NCBI GenBank assembly: GCA_951406725.2
Contig: OX597824.1
Coordinates: forward strand, 18,352,001 to 18,416,000
Length of the DNA: 64,000 bases
Reading direction: 5' to 3'
Source: Octopus vulgaris
Lineage: Eukaryota
The notes below the pieces were generated by a model. It made no database searches, was not told where the DNA came from, and saw only the letters and a program-made list of their open reading frames with translations. The position numbers were made by a program, and so were the translations under genes. This document shows positions 54,918 through 64,000 of the stretch, one piece after another (position 1 is the first letter of the stretch; each line of letters opens with the position of its first letter).

Positions 54918-55320
54918 GGCGCAGGAGTGGCTGTGTGGTAAGTAACTTGCTAACCAACCACATGGTTCCGGGTTCAGTCCCACTGCGTGGCATCTTGGGC
55001 AAGTGTCTTCTGCTATAGCCTCGGGCCGACCAAAGCCTTGCGAGTGGATTTGGTAGACGGAAACTGAAAGAAGCTTGTCGTATATATGTATGTATATATA
55101 TATATATATGTATGTGTGTGTATATGTTTGTGTGTCTGTGTTTGTACCCCCCAACATCGCTTGACAACCGATGCTGGTGTTTTTACGTCCCCGCCACCTA
55201 GCGGTTCGGCAAAAGAGACCGATAGAATAAGTACCTGGCTTACAAAGATCAAGTCTCGGGGTTGCTTGACTAAAGGTGGTGCTCCAGCATGGCCGCAGTC
55301 AAATGACTGAAATAAGTAAA
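54918..55320 (+). mobile_element. SINE family A
   Basis: Full-length match to 37262-37668. Confidence 0.9.
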
Positions 55321-55359
55321 AAAAAATACATATATATACACACACATACATATACATTT

Positions 55360-55399
<40 letters not shown>

Positions 55400-56249
55400 C
55401 GTGTGTGTGTATGTATGCGTAAGTGTGTGTTTATTTGAAATGTGTCATGTAGATACGCATGTATATATTTATTTATATGGCGTATTTTCAAATGAACACT
55501 CACACGCATACATTATACATACATTTATTTTAACACACACACAACACACACACACATATACAAACACAAACATATTTATGCTTCATGTTTTATATATATA
55601 CAGTATTGCATAATTTATGTTTCGGCTATTTTTTCCCGCCATAAAATTCATGGAATTTAAGGAAATCTTAGCTTCATATATGGAACTCGCCCAGAGGAGT
55701 AGTGTTTAAATCTACATGCAGGTGTTTTTATCACGATCAGCATATGTGCAGAGTTTTACACACAGAAAAAAAAAAAAAAAACAAATACTAAAAAAAAAGA
55801 CAAGATGTATTAAAATTTCTCGTGATTAAATGTGTATAAATTGTATATATACACGCTGTTCTACATAACCCATACATAACACAGTGTGTCTGTGTGTGTG
55901 GCTTAGTGTATTGGCGTATTTGCTTATTAAGAATTCCATGCGAATTCGTGTACATATATTTGCAACAAACGTCATCCATTGTATCTTTTTTTGCCTTTCA
56001 TTTCCTTTCAATTCCCATTCCGTGTGTTTTCTTCGTGTGTGAGTGTGTGTGTGTGTGTGTATGTATTTATGAACATGCATATGTCAGGATATGCAAATAT
56101 ATATATACATATATATACATATATACATATATATATATGTATGTATAGATATACATATATACATATATATATATATACGTATGTATAGATATATAGATAT
56201 ATTTATATGTGTATGTATGTATATAACGTAATATTATATATATATGTAT

Positions 56250-56293
<44 letters not shown>

Positions 56294-56650
56294 TACATAT
56301 ATGATATGTTTATAATATACATACACACACATACATGTTATATATGTATTTATATATGCATATATGTATAATATATACATATATAAATATCAATATATAT
56401 ATATATATTGATATTTATATATACGTATTATTATATGTATGTATTTAGACAGATCTATCTATAAACACACACACATGCACACATAATATATACACATGAA
56501 AGGGTCCAAATATGTTGTTCTTCTCAAGCACGTACACGAGGAATATTTTTTAATACATTTATGATGACATATATGAATGCATATGAAATTTTGTACCTAT
56601 TCACGTGCCTACTTCCACGTATATCTATTTCTGCCTTTACATACATATGC

Positions 56651-56688
<38 letters not shown>

Positions 56689-57290
56689 TTGTGTATGTAA
56701 GCGCACGTGTATGTGCCTGCGTGTGTCCGTGTTTATACATGTACATATATCTACTTATATATATACATATGTAATGAAGATCACACCATGATATGCATGT
56801 GTGTATGCGTGCTCCATCTGTATAAAACTTATTACATTTGCCTAAGCATTAACGTAAGCAGCTGTTAATGTGAATCGGTTATGTTTTAATATGCATATCA
56901 TTGCCATATAGTCTTCTATCGCAAATTTCTTTTTTTCACATATTTTTTCTTCTTCTATTTCGTTTTTCATTTTGCATTTCTTTACGTCCACCTATTACTG
57001 ATGCTGAGGTTTTTTTTTTCCTCCCCCATTTTCCTTTTTTTTTTTTTTTCATTTTTGGCATCAACCCGAAACAATCAGCTAAAACATCGATCATGTGACT
57101 AACAACAAACATTAGGCATTCGGTGTTTACATGTAGCCTATCTTATAGGGATTCTGTCAACGTTTAATCATATTACAATAAATGTTTCCTTCCTACTCAC
57201 ATGAAGAATGATGTCACAACGATAATTTATTCCATGCAATATAATTTGCTCAATAGATATGCTCTTCTTATTGAAAGGTGACGAACTTTT

Positions 57291-57349
<59 letters not shown>

Positions 57350-57419
57350 TACATATATATATATGTATATATGTATATATACATATATACATGTATATAT
57401 ATATATATGTATATATATA

Positions 57420-57452
<33 letters not shown>

Positions 57453-58125
57453 GTGCGTGTATATATTTATATATATACATACATACATACATACATACAC
57501 ATATATATATATATATAGATAGATAGATATAGATATATATATATGTATATACGCACATATATGTACACATATACATACATATATACACATATACATATAT
57601 ACATATATATGCACGTATACATATATATATATATACAAATAAACACATATATATAAGCATATATATATATATGTATATATCCGTATACACATACATATAT
57701 GTACACACACACACACATATATGAATATAAATATATACACATTTAAACATATATATATATATATAAACATATATGCAAATATATATATATACACATATAT
57801 ATATATATACATACTTATACATATATACCCACACAGAAGGTGTGTTTGAGAGAGAGAGAGGAGGGAAGGGAGAGTCTCTGTGTGTAAGGTATATATGTTC
57901 ATTTTTTAACCTTGGTTTTTAGCAGAACACCAAGGCCAACTCTGAATTTAATATACATATATATATGTTTATTACTGTGTATTCGCGTAGGAAATGTCTC
58001 TGGACCTACATATGTAGGGGTGCTGAAAAGTTCCTGACTTTCGGTAATATAAAATACAGGAGGATCAGTTAATTATGATTTCATTCTACGTATTCTCTCA
58101 GATTCACACACTTAATGTAGCGGTC

Positions 58126-58164
<39 letters not shown>

Positions 58165-58167
<3 letters not shown>

Positions 58168-58348
58168 CGGGAAGGTTTACGAAAATAAACAAAAGATGAA
58201 GGCAGGTGGAGTACAAACAAACAAATGTATTAGTATGACGCTCAGGAATAGAAATAGAACAAGTCTTTTACGTTTCGAGCCTACGCTCTTCGACAGAAAG
58301 ATACACAGAAAAAAAACAGGGAGAGAAAAAAATGCGTGTAGGAGCTAA
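58165..58348 (-). mobile_element. Short Penelope-like (pLTR-type) element in (TA)n carrying a minimal hammerhead motif
   Basis: (TA)n on both sides; homologous to 22150-22260 and more distantly to 15097-15330; hammerhead motif at 58264-58301. The Penelope assignment rests on the known association of minimal hammerheads with PLE termini. Confidence 0.6.
58264..58301 (-). ncRNA. Minimal type-I hammerhead ribozyme-like motif (variant core CUGUCGA)
   Basis: tcttt-CTGTCGA-A-gagc(gtag)gctc-GAA-ACGT-A-aaaga: perfect stems I and II, palindromic stem III, GUA triplet. Confidence 0.65.
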
Positions 58349-58363
58349 CTATCTATCATGGCG

Positions 58364-58400
<37 letters not shown>

Positions 58401-59034
58401 TGGCCCCTTGTGGGCAATAAAGAAATAAGAAACGTTAGCACGCCAGGTGAAATGCTTAGCGGTATTTCGTCTGTCTTTACGTTCTGATTTCAAATTCCAC
58501 CGAGCCATGTAAAAGAATTTGGATGTTTGGGCCTTTAGCCAGGTCTTTCGCGATACCTTAAGGCAGGAACTTTTTCAGCATCCCCTCGTTCATATACATA
58601 TATGAATATATATTTTCATACACACGCAACAAGAAATGCTGCACCTGCAAGAATATTGTTTGTCCACTCCTCTTGCCAAACTGGTGTATATTTAACATAT
58701 CACACTGGTATTGTATATTTAACATATCACACTGGTATTGTATTTTGAATTATCTGCGTATTAAATACATGTGTATGTGCATTATCAAACACGTGTGACT
58801 CTCCTTGACAAGGTCTCCCTTTTCTAACGCTCCCTAGGGAGTCACTATAGCCATTCTTTATCGTTCTGTGTGCCTTATCGATTAACTTAGAACCAATAAT
58901 GTTTTTAGCAAAAAATTTTTAAAAAACAGGGTCCTCGGCTTCGTTTCAATTAGCTAACCTTGGAAAGACGGAGTACCCAAAATATAACACTTGTTGTTTC
59001 GTGGTGTGATTTGATTGGCTGAAGTCTAGGAATA

Positions 59035-59651
59035 TATTCTTTTCTACTCTAGGCACAAGGTCCGAAATTATGAGGGAGGAAGGCAGTCGATTAGATCGAC
59101 TCCAGTACGCAACTAATACTCAATTTATCGACTCCGAAAGGATAAAAGGCAGAGTCGACCTCGGCAGAATTCGAACTCAGAATTTAAAGACAGAAGAAAT
59201 ACCGCTAAACATTTCGACCGGCGTGCTAACGTTTCTAATTTCTTTATTGCCCACCAGGTGCAAAACATAGAGAGGACAAACAAGGACAGACAAACGGATT
59301 AAGTCGATTACATCGACCCCAGTGCGTGACTGGTACTTAATTTATCGACCCCGAAAGGATGAAAGGCAAAGTCGACCTCGGCGGAATTTGAACTCAGAAC
59401 GTAACGACAGACGAAATACTTATTTCTTTATTACCCACAAGGGGATAAACACAGAGAGGACAAGCAAGGACAGACAAATGGAGTAAGTCGATTATATCGA
59501 CCCTAGTACGTAACTGGAACTTATTTAATCGACCCCGAAAGGATGAAAGACAAAGTCGTCCTCGGCGGAATATGAACTCAGAACGTAACGGCAGACGAAA
59601 TACGGCTACGCATTTCGCCCGGCATGCTAACGTTTCTGCCAGCTCGCAGCC
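59035..59651 (-). mobile_element. SINE family B, trimer
   Basis: Three core units; the last has the alternative tail. Confidence 0.85.
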
Positions 59652-60344
59652 ATTTTTGTTATTAAAATAATGTTTTAGAAATGAACATGTCGATAAACAA
59701 AACAGCACAGAGCAACAAATAAAAACCCTATAGCTTTCTACCCAGCTTTAGTAAAAGAGAAATTGAATTATGCACAGGGAATTAGCTCAAATCGTAAAGC
59801 ATACGCTTAGCTATTGTGCGCGGCTGAGTTCGATACTGGATTCTCCATGTCATTTCCATTAAAATATTATTCAATCGTTTTAGCTGTGGCGTCGTGGTAA
59901 GGAGTTTGCTCCGAAACTCTATAGTTCCGAATTTTGTACCAACATGGGAAAACTTGAACAAGTGTCTTCTATTATAGTCACGGGCCGACTAAAGCATTGT
60001 GAGTCGATTTGTTAAATGGAAACTGGAGAAAGCTCACCTGGTATGTATGTATATGTGTGTGTTTGTGTGTGTATTTGTGTTTTGCTCCACCACCGCTTGA
60101 CAACCGGTGTTGGTTATTTTATGTCTCCTCGAATACTTATTCTATCGATCTCTTTTGCCGAACCAGACATAAAAAGCATAAAAATATATGCATTGGGGCC
60201 ACTTCGCTGGACTAAAATCCTTCAAAGTGGTGCCTGTGTATGGCCACAGTCCAATGATGACTGAAAGAAATAAGATAAAGAAATGTAAGATAAAAACGAG
60301 AACTGTCTTAGCTAAAAACAAAAACATTTCGTAACCAGTCAAAA

Positions 60345-60479
60345 GTACTGAAGATTAACAGTTATCGCCAAGCTAATAAAGCAGTTGATTAGCTCCAACA
60401 GGCCATCGCCTCTAGCTAGCTATATGACACACGAACCTGTGACCATTTTAGCTTGGCGATAACTGTTAATATCCAGTAC
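60345..60479. repeat. Short inverted-repeat element (MITE-like, 135 bp)
   Basis: Perfect 23-bp IR at 60354-60376 / 60448-60470, extending imperfectly to gtactg/cagtac. Confidence 0.7.
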
Positions 60480-60589
60480 CGCTGCCGTAGTCTCCTTTAG
60501 AGAGACTTAGAGATAATAATAGTACTGAGGATTATTTTAGGAAAACACCATCAAGGACATTTGCAGTTGTTAAAAATATGTCTAATGCA

Positions 60590-60845
60590 GTGGGAGCGCG
60601 TGGCTTAGTGGTTAGGGTGTCAGCATCATGATCGTTAAATTGTGGTTTCGATTACTGGATCGGGCGACGCGTTTTGTTCTTCATCAAAACACTTCATTTC
60701 ACGTTGCTGCAGTCCACTCAGCTGGCAAAAATGAGTAACGCTGCGATGGACTGGCGTCCCGTCCAGCTGGGGAACACATAAGCCATTCAAACCGGGAAAC
60801 CGGGCCCATGAGCCTGCCTAGGCTTTAAAAGGGCGCATTTATTAT
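60590..60845 (+). mobile_element. SINE family C
   Basis: Matches 10297-10554. Confidence 0.88.
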
Positions 60846-60854
60846 TTTAAGTAA

Positions 60855-61268
60855 GGCGGCGAGCTGGCAGAAACGTTAGCACGTCGGGCGAAATGCGTAG
60901 CCGTATTTCGTCTGCCGCTGCTTTCTGAGTTCAAATTCCGCCGAGGTCGAGTTTGCCTTTCATCCTTTCGGGGTCGATAAATTAAGTACCAGTTATGCAC
61001 TGGGGTTGATGTAATCGACTTACTCCGTTTGTCTGTCCTTGTTTGTTCTCTCAGAGTTTAGCCCCTTGTGGGTAGTAAAGAAACGGGTATTTCGTCTGTC
61101 TTTATGTTCTGAGTTCAAATTCCGCCGAGGTCGACTTTGCCTTTCATCCTTTCGGGGTCGATGAAATAAGTACCAGTTGCGCACTGGGGTCGATGTAATC
61201 GACTGAAACCGTTTGTCTATCCTTGTTTGTCCTCTTTGTGTTTAGCCCCTTGTGGGTAGTTAAAAATA
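60855..61268 (+). mobile_element. SINE family B, dimer
   Basis: Second unit starts at ggtatttcgtctg (about 61086). Confidence 0.88.
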
Positions 61269-61968
61269 AAATACGTCTAACGCACAGTTCAAAAAATAAC
61301 CATATATCATACTTAGGCATATAATTTGCGCAGAAAAAATTTTAATAGGCGGTAGCTATGTTTTTCCTTTATTTATATAACAATATAAAAATGATTTTTC
61401 TTTAGTATATAACAGAAAAATCTTGACACAACGATTAGACGTTTGTCTGTACGTTTTGTACAGAGATAGGAAAACGTACTCAGTGAACTGCACTAACAGA
61501 AGAAGAGCTATAAATCTTAGCACTTTCACTACTTCGTTACCGTAGTTTATGTGAACGGTTTATGATCGCAATGAAAACTATTTAGACATTTACACAGACG
61601 GAGGTGTCATATATTTTTTTACACGCACTGCATCGTTTCACAATATATCTCTTTGCAGTAAAGTGCAGTTGGTGTTTTGAAACAATCTCTGTTTTTTTAA
61701 TAACCACTTCATACGTATATATGTCTGTGTGTGTGTACATATACGTATATGTATACTATTAATATAATTATGTATGTATATATATATATATGTGTATACA
61801 AGCACACACATATATATATATATGTATATATACATACACATTTATACGCACATATATACATATCACATGCACATCCATTTAAATATATATGTATACATAA
61901 ACATACATATATGTCTCTGTCACTCTCTTTACCTATCTATCTATCTATCATCTCTCTCTCTCTCTCTC

Positions 61969-62062
<94 letters not shown>

Positions 62063-62065
<3 letters not shown>

Positions 62066-62238
62066 TTTTATTTGTTTCAGTCTACAGTACTTATTCTATG
62101 CGTTGTTTAAGTCCCCTAGTACTTAGTCTATCGTTCTCTTTTGCCGAACCGCTAAGTTACAGGGACGTAAACACTCCAGCATCAGTTGTCAAGTGATGCT
62201 GGGGACACAAACACAGACACACAAACATATACATAGAT

Positions 62239-62310
<72 letters not shown>

Positions 62311-62478
62311 CAGCAAAATTTAGGAACGGCCATAATAGGCCGTTCAACCCACTAGAAATAGCAGCCAAGGCTTCAACCGCAAAACAATATTAAATCCGTA
62401 AACCAGGAGAAAATTTTAAAAATTGTTTTTTAAAATTTTAAAGTGTATTTGATAGACGGAAACTGAAAGTAGCCCATC

Positions 62479-62529
<51 letters not shown>

Positions 62530-62950
62530 ATCAATATAGGGTGGCAAAAGAATTCAGCAGAAATTACTTGCCACCAGCGACCTAGTGGGAAAAAGTAAAT
62601 AGTAAGAGACCATTAATAAATTCAACAGCAAAATTTAGGAACGGCCTTAATAGGCCGTTCAACCCACTAGAAATAGCAGCCAAGGCTTCAACCGCAAAAC
62701 AATATTAATTCCGTAAACCAGGAGAAAATTTTAAAAATTGCTTTTTAAAATTTTCTCCTGGTTTACGGAATTAATATTGTTTTGCGGTTGAAGCCTTGGC
62801 TGCTATTTCTAGTGGGTTGAACGGCCTATTATTGCCGTTCCTAAATTTTGCTGTTGAATTTATTAATGGTCTCTTACTATTTACTTTTTTCCCACTAGGC
62901 CGCTGGTGGCAAATAATTTCTGCTGAATTCTTTTGCCACCCTATATTGAT

Positions 62951-63001
<51 letters not shown>

Positions 63002-63155
63002 GATGGGCTTCTTTCAGTTTCCGTCTATCAAATACACTCACAAGGCTTTGGTAAGCCCGAAGCTAAAGTAGAATTCACTTGCACAAGGTGCCACGCAGTG
63101 GGACTGAACCCAGAACCATGTAGTTGATAAGCAAGCTACTTACCTCACAGCCACC
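62063..63155 (-). mobile_element. SINE family A hosting the large palindrome
   Basis: Tail half 62063-62230 and head half 63000-63155. Confidence 0.85.
62442..63038. repeat. 597-bp near-perfect palindrome
   Basis: Arms 62442-62737 and 62742-63038 with a 4-nt loop (ttgc) and a few mismatches; third copy of the inner arm at 62308-62439. Confidence 0.95.
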
Positions 63156-63472
63156 CCTGAAATACTCATTGATAGAAATTTATATTGGTTGGCCAACCAG
63201 GAACAACTTCGTAGAAGCATGAAGGCACGCTAGCAAAACGCTGCTCCTCTAAATAGAAACCTTACCTGTGGCACGAAGCAAAGCAGGCCTTGCCGTCCGC
63301 TCAAGGAAACACGTATTAAATGAGCAAGAAGCGCCCAAGGAGTCCTCAACTCATTGTCAAAGGTTTTGCAGGGCACCAGTAGGCCACAAGTGACACATTC
63401 GTGTCCATATAACGTGATTAACGCTTTATTTTTGTGAAACCTCATTTGCCTTTCACAATAAGATAATCCATC

Positions 63473-63588
<116 letters not shown>

Positions 63589-63589
63589 G

Positions 63590-63990
63590 AATGGCTGTGT
63601 GGTAAGTAGCTTGCTTATGAACCACATGGTTCCGGGTTCAGTCCCACTGCGTGCCACCTTATGCAAGTGTCTCCTACTATAGCCTCGGTCCGACCAAAGC
63701 CTTGTGAGTGGATTTGGTAGACGGAAACTGAACGAAGCCAGTCGTATATATGTATATATGTGTGTGTGTATGTGTGTGTATGTGTGTATGTTTGTGTGTC
63801 TGTCTGTCCCTCCAACATCGCTTGACAACCGATGCCGGTGTGTTTACGTCCCTGTAACTTAGCGGTTCGGCAAAAGAGAGCGATAGAATAAATACCAAGC
63901 TTACAAAGAATACGTCCTGGGGTCGATTTGCTCGACTGAAGGCGGTGCTCCAGCATGGCCACAGTTAAATGACTGAAACAATTAAGAGAA
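63590..63990 (+). mobile_element. SINE family A
   Basis: Near full-length match to 37262-37668. Confidence 0.9.
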
Positions 63991-64000
63991 TAAATTGGAG

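Larger units (their letters stand above)
58013..58589 (-). mobile_element. Mariner-derived MITE interrupted by (TA)n, a Penelope-like element and a SINE fragment
   Basis: TIRs aggggtgctgaaaagttcctg / caggaactttttcagcatcccctcgt; the halves 58013-58130 and 58505-58589 rejoin into the 48329-48549 element. Confidence 0.65.

Noticed and set aside
57168-57902. 244-aa Y/I/C/V-rich ORF
   Set aside because: Translation of a (TA)n/(CA)n compound microsatellite
59035-59651. Repeated units resembling a CRISPR-like array
   Set aside because: Units are about 200-bp SINE multimers without unique spacers; eukaryotic context and no cas genes
63230-63470. GC-richer stretch with a strong minus-strand donor (CAG|GTAAGG near 63266)
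   Set aside because: No convincing acceptor or recognisable peptide; one splice-like word is expected by chance

Overview
This window is AT-rich eukaryotic DNA dominated by microsatellites, not prokaryotic. The repeat landscape resembles an octopus or other coleoid cephalopod genome; this is inferred from remembered SINE motifs, not a database search. I cannot support any host protein-coding gene, and nearly all ORF-track entries are translations of simple repeats or SINEs. What is present is a nested record of transposons. (i) About 35 copies of 4-5 tRNA-headed SINE families. (ii) A 5'-truncated Tx1/L1-type LINE (803-aa RT + zinc-finger ORF, 40241-43086) inside (GATA)n, plus an old relative at 1580-2975 split by two SINEs. 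(iii) Three R4/Dong-type RLE retrotransposons, two abutting (TAA)n. (iv) CR1- and RTE-like remnants, two non-autonomous Helitrons, and mariner-type and other MITEs. (v) Short Penelope-like elements in (TA)n. The most interesting signals are a set of minimal type-I hammerhead ribozyme motifs with canonical and variant cores, a SINE whose 3' tail matches the Tx1 LINE 3' end, a 597-bp palindrome that has captured host SINE sequence, and a sorting of element families by microsatellite target.
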